Assembly: GCA_965112735.1 (NCBI GenBank)
Contig: OZ218950.1
Location: 3,038,001-3,102,000, forward strand
From: Phaeosaccion multiseriatum
Lineage: Eukaryota; Protista; Ochrophyta, other classes
DNA: 64,000 nucleotides
Direction of reading: 5' to 3'
Of the stretch, positions 13,812 to 27,600 are shown one piece after another. The notes below the pieces were generated by a model. It was not told the origin of the DNA, made no database searches, and saw only the letters and a program-made list of their open reading frames with translations. Each line of letters starts with the position of its first letter. Within the stretch, counting starts at the first letter, position 1. The translations under genes and the position numbers were made by a program.

Positions 13812-16800
13812 TCACCTAAGTCTTCTCCCCCTCCCCCCGTCTCGGTCGTCATCGCTACCCGCCCGCGCAGCTCCGACCCCGCGATGATGTCTCTCTCTGT
13901 TTCTATCTCTGTCCTTCCTCCCCCCTCGCTCTCCGCCCTTCCATCTCGTCTTTCCTCCTGCTCCCCTCCTCCGCTGCGACAAGGCAACCACCAGTTGTGC
14001 GGTCTCTCCCACCTCCTCACACCCCACTCCTTCTCCGTCGAAAGGAGCGCCGGTGTGAGACCGTCCCATTCTCCCCCTAATCTTGCCTGCTACTTGCCGA
14101 GCAGCGCGCAACACCACCCCAGCGCCGCCTTCGTCTTTGTGCTTCTTCGTCTTCTTCTTCACCCCCCCCTTCCTCCTCCCTCTCCTCTTCTTCTCCCCCC
14201 GACCCTTTGCATCTCTCCTTCTCGACCTCAGCGCACCGTGGAGAACCCCACCACTTTCCCCTCCTCCTCCTCCTCCTCCTCCTCCTCCTCCTCCTCCTCC
14301 TCCTCCTCCTCCTCCTCCTCCTCCTCCTCCTCCTCCTCCTCCTCCTCCTCCTCCTCCTCCTCCTCCTCCTCCTCCTCCTCCTCCTCCTCCTCCTCCTCCT
14401 CCTCCTCCTCCTGCTGCTGCTGCTCCTGCTCCTGCTCCATTCAGGAGCCCTCCCCCCCCCCCGCCAGTCAAGGGCATGAGCGATAACTTACCCCTCGCAA
14501 GTCCGACGGCGGCATACTGATACCCCACCCCTCTCCCCCTCGTGCCCCCTCGGGGCTCAGAGCTCGATAGCTCCGGCGTCAGTGACAAGAAGAACAGCAG
14601 CCAGCAGCCCAACAAGGCTTGCTCCAGAACAGCCACAACCCCTGCTTCTACGGAGAAGAGCGGTAACCTCCCGCCTCCCCCACCTTGTCCACCCTCTTGT
14701 CCACCCTCACCACGGCTGCTGCTGCTGCTGCTGCTTCCGTCGCCATCTGCTGTCTTGCCACTCCTCTCCGGTGATGCTAAGTTGGCGAGAACGAACATGA
14801 CCAGGAGCGCCACCCCGACGCAGGCTTGACCCGCCGCCGCAAGACGAGACAGCCACAGCCACCTTGTGGAGCAGCGGGCAAGACAATTCAGTCAGTCAGT
14901 CAGTCAGTCAGTCAGTCACATGGAGAAGGAGGGAGGAGGGCAGCAGCCAGGAAGGAGGAAAGGTCGGGAGGTGAATGTCAGGCTGGACTCAATGAGGGTG
15001 GCTTTTTTTCATAGGGTGGGGTACAACTCAAAGGATTATGGACCCATCTCTTCCTTACCGTCGAGCTCTGCAGAGGCCATAGCAGGAAGACTCGGGCGTC
15101 TGCAGGGCGATGCGGGCAAAGGTATACAGCAGCTCCTTGGCTCTCCACAGGAGCAGCACCTGCCCACGGAAGGAAGAAGGCACCAGAAGGTAGCAGAAGG
15201 CCCCGGCAGGGAGACGGCAGAGCCCGAGGAGGAGGGGACAAACAGAGTGGGGCGAGCGGGGGGAGAAGGGCAATAGACCGAGTCAGCAAAGGGAGGAGGG
15301 GGTGGGGGAGGGAGGGAGGGAGGGAGGGAGGGAGGGCCACGAACCTCGACCCAGCAGGCAGCGAAGAAGGCAGAGGCCAGCCCTGTGTGCAGAGGAGTAA
15401 AGATGTTTCGTCCCTCTGTGGCTCCAACGGCCGTCAGCAGGCCACAGGTCGCCAGGCCAAGCAGAGTGAAAGTGCGAAGAAGGCGGCGTATCCTGGATGG
15501 TGAAGGAGGGAGGGAGGGAGGGAGGGAAGGAGAGAAGGAGGGAGGAAGAGAGGTCAAACACTGCCCCCACATACCAGAATATCCTCTACCCTACTTGTAT
15601 GCTCGATGGAGCGGGCCGGAGGAGAGGGGCCTCACGCCGCTCATTCCATTCACATACCATTCACTCACATACCATTCACATTCCACCCACATACTGTATG
15701 TACTCACTCACCGAGGGGGCGGGTGGCCAGTCTCCTCCAGCGTGCGTGAGTCGAGGGAAACGAGGAGCTTCTCCCGGAACACGTGAGCAAAGGACAGGAT
15801 CACGAAGAGCGCCACCGCGGCACACAGCGAAGCGCCAACGGTGAAGACGAGCCCACCGGGGCCGTACTTGGCCGCCATACTGCGCGTTGAGGTAGAGGCA
15901 GAGAGGTGTATGAACCAAAAAGATGGTAAACATGCTGTTTTGGGCTTTGGGGCTTTAGAGCCGAGGGGTAAGAAGCACAGTTTCTCCCTCTTACTCAAGC
16001 TTTTACTCAAGCTCTTACTGGGCCTCACCTGAGGGTGGGCAGTCTTGTGACATGCCTGAAGCACAACCAGCGTGTCCGCTTGGCAAAGGCCAGCACCACC
16101 CACAGCACCGTGCCCCCGCCGGTGCAAAGTAGTAGGCAGGGTGCGCACCCGGCGTTTTCCGACTCGAGGCAGCCCACCCCGAGGCCAATGCCCTCGTCGA
16201 TGTCGAAGCCGCCCGCTCTGTTTCCCTCCGAGTCATAGGCGCTGTCGTCACTCGCCCACTCCTCTCCGCCAGCCGAGTCTCCATCATTGTGAGGGTCGTC
16301 TCCGTTCATCCCGCCCCTCTCTGTCGGCACGAATTCGTCGTCCGAATCCTAGAGAGAGGTGGACGGAGGTAGGGAGGGGGGGAGGGTGAGGTGATGGAAT
16401 CAAAGGCTTTAGGCCAGGAGGGGAGGGGGAGAAGGTGAGTGAGCATATACCTCCATGAGCTGCCCAACAGCTATCATGACGTGTATCATCGCGCCACTAA
16501 CTCACCTTTGTGTGATCGAACTCGTAGTACTCATCGCCGGAGAAGAGTCGGTCTCCTTCGCCGGCGTCTGAGCTGCTCTCGGACGGCATACCCAGCACAA
16601 ACATGCCATCCCCGTCTCCCCCCGTTCCAGCAGCAGCCGCAGCAGCGATGGCTGCAGCGGCGGTCCCCCTCTTACTACTCGAAGCATCGCCGGCGCCTTG
16701 TGCTACACCGCTTCCGCCTCCTCCTCGGAGGAAGTTGACCATAGTTGATCCGGCTGATGTGGGCGGGGTTGCGCGAGGATCTTCCCATCTAGAGGTCTGC

Positions 16801-17000
16801 AGCAGAGCGTTCCACCAATAATGGCACCCTGAGAGAGAGAGGGAGAGAGAGAGTGAGAGAAAGGGATCCTCCCAACTGAGCTGCAGAATGTACATTGCAC
16901 CTGTATTTTCGTCATAGTGCCGGCTCCAGGTTCCTCTGCTGATGCGGGAGGAGGTGTTGTATAAAGCCCTTGCCTTTCTCCCCCGAAGGAAGTCAGACAT
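13812..17000 (-). CDS. WW-domain + Frag1/DRAM/Sfk1 (TMEM150/PGAP2-like) multi-pass membrane protein
   Basis: Spliced WW domain GTWSRHYDENTG|CHYWWNALLQTSRWEDPR. Then LPTLS|MAAKYGPGGLVFTVG, LLGLATCGLLTAVG, PLHTGLASAFFAACW and VAVLEQALLGCWLLFFLSLTPEL, matching the Frag1 family layout. The 3' end through the (GGA)n tract is uncertain, and an alternative start exists at 17090. Confidence 0.7.
14260..14411. repeat. (CCT)n microsatellite, ~50 units; reads as poly-Gly in the minus-strand ORF
   Basis: Directly visible perfect trinucleotide run. Confidence 0.95.
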
Positions 17001-17217
17001 AGAGAAACGAGTGACTACCGTAGAGGGAGAGCCGGCCGATCTCTGGCAGTTGAAAAACGACAATAAGTCAATGAATTGAGTTGAGGTCATTGCCGGCCCA
17101 GCCGATCCGCTATCCTCTAGCGATAGCGCGCAGAATTAGCGCGTGAGCAATGGCCCTCCCCTCACATTCCTCTTCTCCCCTTCTTCTACAGTTTGTACCC
17201 TCTCCACTCTCCACCCT

Positions 17218-19611
17218 CTAACAATCCCTCTCCTCCTCCTGGCGACTCCATGAGGCTTCTTCCTCCTCCTCGTCCTCCTCGTCCTCCTCCCCCGCCTCCT
17301 CTTCCTCCCTCGCCTCCCAAGCATCAAAGTCAACGGCGCCCAACACATCGAGGTGGTGGAAGCGGAGGGAACACAAAAGCCGCTCGGGGAGCTCTTGTCT
17401 GCTGAAGCCTTCGAAGACCCAGCCCAAGTCCTATCGGTCGTCAGAAGAGCAGAGGGAGGGAGTATTCATGGCAAGAACAGAGGGAGGGAGGATTCATCAG
17501 AGGGAGGAGGCGTGCGTGTGCACGTGAGAGCATGGAATGGGAAATTGTCGCGCAATCGTGGATTAATGCCCGGGGTGTGGGCTGGGCCGGAAACCATTGG
17601 TGTGGAGGAGGGGGGCCAACGAGAGGGGCTGAGTACAACAGCCCTATCCTATCCCCACTCACCACCGAGACTTGCTCCGTAAAGTTCTTCACCATGCCAA
17701 GTATATACAGCGCCGTCTTGGAGGTCGTAATATCAGTCTCCACCTCTATCCACCCCTCCCCGCGGTGGTAAGTCGTGTCAATTTTGTGACCAATGATGGC
17801 GGGCTTGCCAGTGATGGACTTGCGCACAAGCCAAGGGCCCTCGTGGCAAATGGGGATGATTTTCAGCCGGTCGTCCCTGAACGAAAGCGCGGAGCAGCAC
17901 ATAAGACAGAGCGAGCGAGCGAGAGAGAGAGAGGGAGGGAGAAGAGAGAGAGGCGACGAGGAGACCGGACACGGGTCGAAGAGTGAAGGAAGGGTTGAGG
18001 AGGCTTCCCCTACCCAAAGTACGCGTGGGAAAAGAGGCACGCGGGTCCATGTCGAGGTCAAGAGGATCAAGGGGGTATGAGTCGCATGTGAGGGCGAAGC
18101 AAGCCGCCGCCGCATAGGCGATATTCACAGCAATCCCCCCCCCCCCCTCCCCCCCACTCCACTCCCACCTCGCACCTGCGCTGCTGTGCGCCAGGCCCGT
18201 CGTCCAGGAACTCTCTGAGGAGCCCGTCCATGGTGGGGTCGTCTGTGTAGGGGTCGCCTGTGGGGGTGGGAGATGAATACATGATGGCATGGGCACGGGG
18301 AGAGTCGTGGCCAGTTGGACGACATGAGCTAAACAGGCAGCCAACAGAAGGTAGCGAGGGAGGTTCCTTTTCACGCAAACGGTACTATACATACCTGGTC
18401 GGCCGTGCTTTGGTGAGAAGTATCCGGCGAACGTACCTAGATCGAACATACAGTACACGAGGATTAATTGGGATTTGAGTATGTCAGTAGCTAATTAAGG
18501 ACAGGCAGTTAGTGTACGGCTTGTCTCTCTTGTTACCACGCGTGTATAAGACCTTACCCCAGGGAAGGCAGAAGTTCAAGCACAGCACAAAGGGCATGCG
18601 ATCTCCTGCCCGCCGCTTCCAGCGCTGAACGAAGCCGTTGGGGCGGTTGCCCAGGCAGTGGTGCCGCTCCTCGGACACCAGCAGGTCCAAGCCAAGAAGC
18701 TGAGAGGGGACAAAGACGAGAAGGGCGGTTACTCAGGCCAGCGTTTCAACACATCATCATCATACGGAGAAGGAAGGTATATGGGGCTATCACGTGTTAC
18801 GTACCGTATATGCAGGCTCTTGGGAGTGGACTTTGACGCCGTCCTGCAAGTAGTCCGCGCCCCGAACAGAGAAGACCTCGCCACCGGGTTGCTCCCACAC
18901 GTTGTGGTGCTTACCCTGCTGCTGCGTATCTCCGTCTTCCGTCTCGCTGTCTCCTCCCGCTTCTACACCGTCTTGGGCTTGCCCCCCCTCGGAGAGCATG
19001 GGGATGGAGGTGCCTGGAAGGGAAAAGGCATTTACTATGTGAGCTTCTTTGCGCGACAGCCATAACAAATAGAATGCATGTATGCACCCCTCCCCCCTCC
19101 CCTCTCTGACTAAACACCCCCACGTACTTGGACAGAAGTGCCTCATTCGGTCGCCGAGGCCCCTGGTCGGAACATCAACGCGCCCACGCCGCACCATTTG
19201 GAGTACCATTCCTCTCCCTGACCACTCTTCCTCATCCATGTTGGGAAGAGCCAAGACGTTCTGGTCTTCTTCTTCATCTTCTTCTCCCTCTTCCGCCGTC
19301 TCGAAGCCGTCGCTGGTGGTAGAGACGTCGTCATCCGAGCCCCCTGCTGGTTGGCTCAGGTGCCGACGGTGACCATGTTTACTCTTCCTGCCAACCCCGG
19401 GGAGGGGAAAGGGTGAACTACCGAAAGGTTCAATCTTCGAATGAAGCCCCCTGGCTTACCTCTGGCCTTGACACTTTGCCTCTCTCTCGAAACCAGGCTC
19501 GCTCCGGCTAACGCTAACATTGTGCAGACTTGCTGCGTGCTTCAACAACGTGCCAACCGAAGCCTTCTGAGAGTGCTTCTCTGGACTGTTGCTGAGGCTG
19601 CTACGTCGCAT
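17218..19611 (-). CDS. EDR2 C-terminal (DUF1336) domain protein
   Basis: NVWEQPGGEVFSVRGADYLQDGVKV, LDLLV, FVLCLNFCLPWG, FRDDRLKIIPICHEGPWLVRKSITGKPAIIGHKIDTTYHRGEGWIEVETDI, DLGWVFEG...ELPERLLCSLRFHHLD. First exon from ATG 19611 splices in frame via GTAAGC at 19459. Confidence 0.9.
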
Positions 19612-20209
19612 CAGCTCCTCTATATGTGCTTCAATAGAGTTCTAACTGTGTCTCCTCCTTTCGGTGAGCCCTCAGGCAGGGCCCCGGGCGGTAGCTCAGG
19701 CGCTGGGCCGGGCGTTAGCACGTCAGCCTCCTCTCTGTTGCTCTACTCCTCCTCCGTTTTTGCCATCTACTTCTCTTCTTAGCTGCTGCGGGGCTGTGCG
19801 GGGCTGTCTCCCAGTACTAATCTCTTTTTTATTTGTCGCCTCCCCTCAAAGCGTGAATGGTGTGGGGGCAAATCGGATCAAATCCGTGTCAAGTTGGGAG
19901 AGTTGGCGACTGCGAAACGTACTCAAAGTGCGGGAAGGAAACCCTTCCCCTTCCCTCGTGGGGGCGGTGAGACGTTACTTTTAGACAATCATAGATGGCA
20001 CTTCAGGGTGTAAAATACAAATCCTTCCTTCCTCCCCTTCCTTGCTGCATTTGGTATGGGACCGAGGCTCCGCAGCCCTACCAAAACCAACTTGAACTTC
20101 CTTCCACAATTTCCCTTTCGTGGTGAGGTTCTTCACTGCTGGCTTAGCATGACCCTGTATACAACAAGCTCAGTACAATACCCAGGGGCAGCACACACCC
20201 CATATACTC

Positions 20210-21773
20210 TTAGGACAGCACAATATCAAAGTCGTCGTTCCGCCCGCTCTTTCCCTTGCCCTTCTTCTTCCGGGCCTTGGACTCCTGCGCCTTTGGCTCC
20301 TGCGGCTCTTGACCATGACGAGCATGCTGTTCTCGACTGGCTTGCTTTGCGGTCGTCGCTAGTGGCACAGCTTTGGCGCAGAAGAAGGCTACCTTAGGAC
20401 TGCACGCGACGTTGAAAGCGAGGAGGAGGAGGAGGAGGAGGAGGAGGAGGAGGAGGAGGAGGAGGAGGAGGAGGAGGAGAAGCAGCGTCGGCAGCAGTAT
20501 CGTTGTTGCCTTAGCGGCCCATACGCTTTACAAACGGGTGCCAACTTCGAGTAGTAGTAGTAGCGGACCTGTTCTTCGTTTCGACGAGCTCAAATCCTAC
20601 TCTCTCGAGCAGGGCGTTGAAGGCGCCCCGATCCATAGCGCGCGAGTGCGTGAGGCACAGCAGTGGCAACATGAGGAAGAGGTGCCCTCCCTCCCGCAGC
20701 ATAGCCCGATAGCCGCGCAGCATGTCTCCCCGCCTTTCCGGGGTGGGCACACAGTTCAGAACCATGCTGGACACCTGAGGGATTGTGAAGGTTCATGCGT
20801 TCATTCGTGTACAAAGAGGGAGGGAGAGGGGAGGCAGCCACGCAGAAAAGGGTGAGCAGCTGTGCTTTGAGACCTTGGCAAGGCACATGTGGAGTTTCTG
20901 TGCGACAAGTACCCACTCAGTCACTCACTCACTCAGTCACTCACCCACTCACTCACTCACGCACTCACTCACTTCATTTGATAAATGTTTTTGGAGTAGC
21001 CTGGGAACTTGAATCACCAGTTTGGCGTATTTCCACACCAACGAATGAGAATGTACCACCGCTGCACACACGTACCGCCACCCCCCCCCCCCTCGTCTCT
21101 ATCACTCACCAATACGTCATAATCTCCCCTCTGCGGCAGGTCGAAGAAATCGATCTCTTCGATATCCGGATGCTGGGATTTCAGGTCCACTGCCCTGACC
21201 TCTAGCCAAGGGATCCGCAGCAGACGAGGGTTGATGGCACCCACCTCCAGCGTCCGCAGGGGAGGCTCCCCCTTACAAGGTCGCAGCCCTATCTTCGTCA
21301 GCAGCTGTGAATCGAGAATCGAGTGGACAAAGAGGAGCGGACAAAAAGAAGGGAGTGGTCTGCGGTGCCCGTTGCGGGGGAGGGCAAGGCGCGTTCCGCG
21401 TTCCCCACCAGAAAGGAAGCTTCAACCATTCCACACCTGAGTGCACCATTTGCTGGTGTTGTGGAAGCTAACGCTCAGAAGGCTGGCACTCTGGTACGCC
21501 TGGGTGCCTCCGAGCAGATTGAGTTTAGCCCTGGGGTAATGGGTGTGGCGCGCGCAGCGGTAGAAGGAGCCGAAGGCAGTGAGCAGCGGGCACAAAGAAG
21601 GGGGCAACAGATCCAATCACATACCGAAAGGCCCTTTCCTCGCTGCCGTTGCCCTGCACCCTTGCCAGGCCCTCTTGTATCTGATGATATGTCGTGATAA
21701 TTTTCCGGGCTCGCTTCCTCGACTTCACGGGGGGGGGAGCCACCGGTAGCGGCCTTGCTCTCTTCTTACCCAT
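20210..21773 (-). CDS. BMT2: 25S rRNA (adenine-N1)-methyltransferase, Bmt2-like
   Basis: GGTQAYQSAS, HNTSKW, LEVGAINP, VRAVDLKSQHPDIEEIDFFDLP, SMVLNCVPTPERRGDML, LFLMLPLLCLTHSR, and C-terminal RNDDFDIVLS*. The last exon 20210-20399 is in phase. Confidence 0.85.
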
Positions 21774-21966
21774 ATAATACACAACGCAGAACACAAATGT
21801 ACAAGAAGAAGAAGAAGAAGAAAATAAGGAGGGGAAGGGGGAAGGGAGATGGTTGCCGTCGGATTTGGATGGCAGCAGATGACCAACGTTACAATCTCTC
21901 TCTCTCTTATATACAACGCTAATAATACAGGAAAAGAAGGAGGGAGGAAGGTAGAGTCTTCTTCCA

Positions 21967-23238
21967 ATGAAAACTGTGGAGTTCACTTTGGGGAGACGAC
22001 CCGAGACGTAAGGAGATGATTTGAGTAAAAGTAGGGAGAGTTGGAAACGAATTCAATACCGTATCCTCAATGGCGCTATAGCGGGCCTCAATGTGGTCGC
22101 CTTCATAGTCTGCGCTCGGATCGTGTGGTTAAATTACAGCACGGCCAGGAGGGCCAATGCTAAAGCGGATGAAGTAGCGGTGGCTCCCACATCGTTGGCA
22201 AGCAGCTTGTCGAAGAGAATCCACTCTTCGAAGAGAATATCTCGTGAGGTCCTCCACCGCCCGTCAATACGACTCTGGCGTGATGCTCTCAAGTTCAACG
22301 CAATTCAAGGCGTCTCAATAATGCCTGTGTCGCTGCATGGAATGATCTTCGCGGCATTGCGCATTCCACTCTACATGTACAAGGTGAGAGGGCGCGTGGG
22401 CAGTCTAAGCAGGGGAGAGGGGGGGGAGAGAGACGAAAGAAGGGTGCGCGCTGTTGCGTTATCCTTCCACCTATCTTCACGTCTTGACATAGCCACGTTT
22501 GCCTCCTTGCCCTCTCTCCCGTAGGCGGTTCAGGGCGTGTCAGTGTTGGGCGAAAGCGTGACCCTTGCTCGTCTTCATGGCATCGAGATTGCTGTATTTA
22601 TGGGCTTCATTTTACCCGTATTCACGACTCGTGTGCTGGAGGTGGCGTGCGGAGGCTGGACGAAGACTCCCTTCCCTGTGTACGCAATCCTGGCAGGACT
22701 GTCCGTCGTTGATATCTTAATCACTCTCATCGGCTTCTGCCTCTATGGTACCGTCGATCCCCAAGCTCCGAGCTTTGCCTTCTTGGTGGCGCTCGTCGTG
22801 GCGCTGTTCCGAGACGTGACCAGCGTTCTCGCGGCCATTGTTTGTTTGAAGAAGATCATTGGGTCCACTGGTAGCCAGCAGCACAACATGCATCACACGG
22901 GGTGTGCTGCGGCAGATGCCAATCATCATCTGGAGAATCTCAAGGCCATAGCGATAGGGATGTGCGGGCAAATTGCGGTGCTGGTGACTATGGTTACCGT
23001 CACTGTCGGGGTAAGCTCTGTCAGGAGCCACAAGAGCCACTACCTCTTCACCATCGTCCTATTAGTAGCGACTACAGGGATACTATCCTTCGTCCAACAA
23101 GACGCGCAGCTGGTGAAAACAAGGAAGAAAGTTGGCCCAGCACCATCAGTCTTACATGCCGGCCCCACGCACCATCCGCCACCCGGGCCCACTTTACCAA
23201 CCTCTACGAGCATCAAAGAAAGGAGCGACCCCGGCTAA
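21967..23238 (+). CDS. Orphan seven-transmembrane protein (GPCR-like topology); 5' end uncertain
   Basis: Two ORFs joined in phase by intron 22384-22524, with seven hydrophobic stretches. The in-frame ATG at 21967 is followed by TAA at 22009-22011, so the start is unresolved. Confidence 0.6.
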
Positions 23239-23689
23239 CCCAAGTCTCTCCCCACCATGCTTGTGCGGCACAGCATGCGAGGGATAGGCGGTGGCGGCAA
23301 GGCCAGCAGCGAGGTGCATGAGCTTACAGGAGAGGAATTCTAGCTACTTGGGGCCATCCAAAGAGCGGAGCCCAAAGGGGGGGGGAGGGGAGGAGCCCAC
23401 ACCTGTACATACACACGATCATAGCCTAGCGTAACTACTTAATCTACTGCTATCTACTGTCAGGTTCCCGCCCGGCCTTTCGGCATGGACCTTAGGAAAA
23501 AAACAAACAAACAAACAGCTAATTAATGTTTGTAAAGCTTTGGGTCCTTGCTCCTGACCTGGACTCCTTCTTTCATCACTGAGTGACACCGGCTTACTCT
23601 CTCCTGTGACTGCCGCTCCGCCTCGGTCCATATACGGTTACAGAATTCCTGGCGCGCCCAGATGGTCTACCTACCCGGTGTCAGGTGGT

Positions 23690-24448
23690 CTACCGGGCCG
23701 CGCCTCTCGGGGACTCCGCGGGACTCACAAGGTCGGTGACGAGGTCGACAAAAGAGGAGACTGGTGAGAATCGTCCCTCCTCCTCTTCCTCCTCGTGTTC
23801 CTCTTCTTCCTCCTTCTTGTCTTCTTCCTCCTCCTTGCCGTATGATTGGTCATGACCGCCCTCCGCCTCCTCCTCCTCGTCTGCAGAAGCCAGGAGGTCT
23901 CCTGCCCAATCCACCAGCCCTTGAAACATGGACACAGGAACGTTCTCCCCTCTGTCCTCGGACGTGCTCTCCCGCCTCAGCTTGTGCAACACCTGCTGGA
24001 AGATGCCACCACCATCACCATCACCATCACCAGCAGTTGGTGGTACAGCAGCAGCAACAGCAGCAGCAGCAGCAGTGCCTCCTATGTCGACAGCAACATG
24101 GCCCTCCTCCTCATCCCCTGCACGAGACGCCTGCTGCTGCTGATGCTTCTGCTGCTGCTGCTTGTGCCTCTTGACCCGCTCCTTTTTGTTCCTCCTCATG
24201 GACAGGAACTTCTCATATTCCATGTCCATGTCCATGTCCATACTTTGCTCCTGTTGCACGCGGAGGTTGGCCTCTCGCAGCACCCCGCGCTGCTTCTCTA
24301 CGCCGCCCTTCTCCCCTACTACTTGACTCTTCCTCCTCCTGCTCCTTCCTCCTCCTCCACCACCGCTGCCAGCACCACCAGCAGTTGGTGATACAGCAGC
24401 AGGGGAAGAGCTCCGGCGGCCCCGTCTGCGCACCCCTGCTGCGGAACG

Positions 24449-24482
<34 letters not shown>

Positions 24483-24621
24483 GCTGAGTCATCGCTCTTG
24501 TCCTTCGCCTCACTGAAGAACGAGGACTTATGCGGCGACGACGGAGACATCATCACCTCGCTCACATCGGGCGAGAGCGGTGCCGTCCGCCCGCTCAAAA
24601 GGCCCACTCCTCCTCCTCCTC

Positions 24622-24656
<35 letters not shown>

Positions 24657-27600
24657 ACTGCTGCGGTACTACCACCCCCCCCAACTTCATCGATCCAGTC
24701 CAGCTCGGTACCATTCGGCTGCCTCAGCCGCCTCAGCCGCTGCTCTCGCCGCCTTTTCCACCGCCAAACAGCCCTGCGCAACACACCCTTTGCTCTGAAC
24801 ACTTGAATGGCTTGGGGCCGCCACGTGCTCCTGAGCTGTCCGAGGGCCTCAGCGCCGGACTCTTCGTTGGCGATGAGGATGGAGGCGAGCTTGAGCAAGG
24901 TAAGGCGGAAGGAGAAGTCGAAGCTCTCATCTGAGGCGATGGCCTCCTCGTATTCCTGTTGTTTGTGTGCGTGCAACTGTGTGTGTTATTGATTTGGAGG
25001 GCCTTTTTTTCTTTCAACGGCACGTCGGCGGGAGATGAAGCGACGAAGCTCACCCTGCCCTTCCGTAGGCCAGCTCACTTGTCCACCTACCCACACATCC
25101 ACCCACCCACCCACCCTCCCACTTCTCGCATCCACTCATCCTCTCATCCTCTCACCTTGCCAAGCAGGCCGTTACCATCGCATCCCAGCGGGGCCGGGAG
25201 GGCGAGCAGGAAGGGAAGGAGCTTATTGGGCTCCAAGAGGCCCAATCCCTCAGGGTCAAACACCGCCCATGTGACCTGCATGTCTCGGAGTGAGCCCTCC
25301 ACGCTTGCCCTCTCTGTACTGTTGATGATCTCGAACGTCTCTACGATGACCATGACAAAAAGGTTGGTGAGCACGAACTTCATGAGTATCACAAAGATTA
25401 GGAAGAAGGCGATGATGCCTGCCTTATGTAGGCCTGAAGGGGGAGGGGGGGGAGGGGGGAGGGAGGGAGGGAGGGAGGGAGGGAGAGCGACGGAGAGAGA
25501 GAGGAGAAGGAGCAGGAGGGAGATGAGGATTTGGGTCCGTGTACTAACGAAGGTACAGAATGACCCCTCCCCCCCGCCCCGACGAGACTCCCGCCTCATG
25601 TTCAGCCGTTAGTTTTTTCCTCACCAGAGTCTACGTTCTTCACCACACACACACACACACACACACACATACGCACATGCACACGCGCGCACACACATAC
25701 ACATACGCACACAAACGTACACACTCACGCATACAAAACAATCACACAGCACGCACACACACACACACACACCCAAATGTTGTCTAATTTTGTCTTGGCC
25801 TTCCACTAAGTTACCTGAGTCTCCATTCTCCACCACAACCTTGGCAGAGCTTGCCCAGCCTTCTCCTGTGGCCACGACAAAGAGCAGCTGCAGAGAGGCC
25901 CACAGGCTGTCGAAATTCTGAAACGTATCGAGGCCGTCGTCGGAGAAGTTGGTCCCATGGAACAGGGCCACGCCGGCATGTGCGAATATGAAGATGCCGA
26001 TGGACACCATGACTGGGAGGGGATGGGGGAGGCGAAGCACAGGACACGATACGAGAAGAGGGAGATGGTCAGCCGGGTGGGTGGGTGGAGTAAGTGGAGA
26101 AGAAAGGTCCTGCCTGGCTGACTGACACTCCTGGCTGACAGTCCTGGCTGACAGTCCTGGCTGACAGTCCTGGCTGACACTCGGCTGACGAGAGCCCCGA
26201 AAATGGCCGAGAGAGAGAGGTCACTCACCAAACACCAGTGACAGAGTGTGCAGCGGATACAGCGCCGCCACCATGATGGAGGAGAAGCGGGGAATGTGCG
26301 CGAGCAGCCTGGAGGAACAAGTGTGTGAGCAGCCCGCAGGGTTCGTTAGATACACACACACGCACACACACACACACGCGCGCGCGCACACGCGCACACA
26401 CGCACACGCAGTAAGATACTCGCTCCACAAGTCATCCATCCGACCTCACCCCACCCCTCCCGTAGTCGTGAGCCGCACGCCCGCCAGTTGCGGGCGGATA
26501 CACACACACACGACATGTATGAACACGTCACAAACATACACAACATGACTGAATGAATGTAGTTGGACAGCTACACACCTAAGAATGCGGAACACTCTCA
26601 AAGCCTTGAGGAGTCGGAGCAGGGTGGGTCCCTGTCCACCGCCCCCGTCCCCACCGCAGCCCCAATCCGACCGACTGTTGAGCACCACATCCACGAGGCC
26701 CGTGGCGGTGATGGCAAAGTCGAAGCGGTGCTGATTGGTACCGAAATACTTAAAGTGCCCCAGGCCGAGCAGCTTCACACAGCATTCCCCAGCGTACACG
26801 GCGAAGAATACGAGGTTGCTGAAGTAGATGGTCGAGGAGAGGGCTTCCGACGCGTCGTTCCGGTCCAGGGCGAGGGTGACGGTGTTGGCCAGGAGCACCG
26901 TTACCACGACACGGGTGAACCAGGGGCTCGTCACGACTCGGAGGCAGGGCTCACGCCAAGGGTAGCGATCCGCTGCGAGGGAGTCCCTGTGGCGGTGGTG
27001 GTGGTGGTGGTGGTGGCGGAGTAGTCAGTTAGTCAGTCGGTTATGGATGGCGTCGTTCAAGACACAAGGATGAGGGAAAGGGGGGGGGGAGGGGGGTTCA
27101 CCTGCATACATCTGCTTCTGAGAGACTGGAACTGGCCGCGAGATATACGCTCCCTTCCTCTCTCACTCTCTCACTCACTCACTCACTCACTCACTCACTC
27201 ACTCACGCACTCACTCACTCACTCACTCACTCACTCACTCACTCACTCACCCACTCACTCACTCACTCACTCACCCACTCACTCACTCACTCACTCACTC
27301 ACTCACTCACTCACTCACTCACTCACTCACTCACTCACTCACTCACTCACTCACTCACTCACTCACTCACTCACTCACTCACTCACTCACTCACTCCCTC
27401 CTTCCCTCCCTCCCTCCTTCCCTCCCTCCCTCCCTCACTCCCTTCTCACTTGATGATGGGGCGCACGGTAGACAGCCTAGCAATGTAGTCCTGCCACCGC
27501 CGCTCCTCCTGCGAAATGAGCTCCCCTTTAGCATTCATACTCTTAAAGGCCAAGAAGGCCTCAAACATAACCCCGATAAAGAGGTTTGTGCCATAAAAGC

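Noticed and set aside
13812-19611. Single EDR2-WW-Frag1 fusion gene
   Set aside because: The DUF1336 frame ends at a stop at 17218 after a complete domain, and I found no convincing splice bypass.
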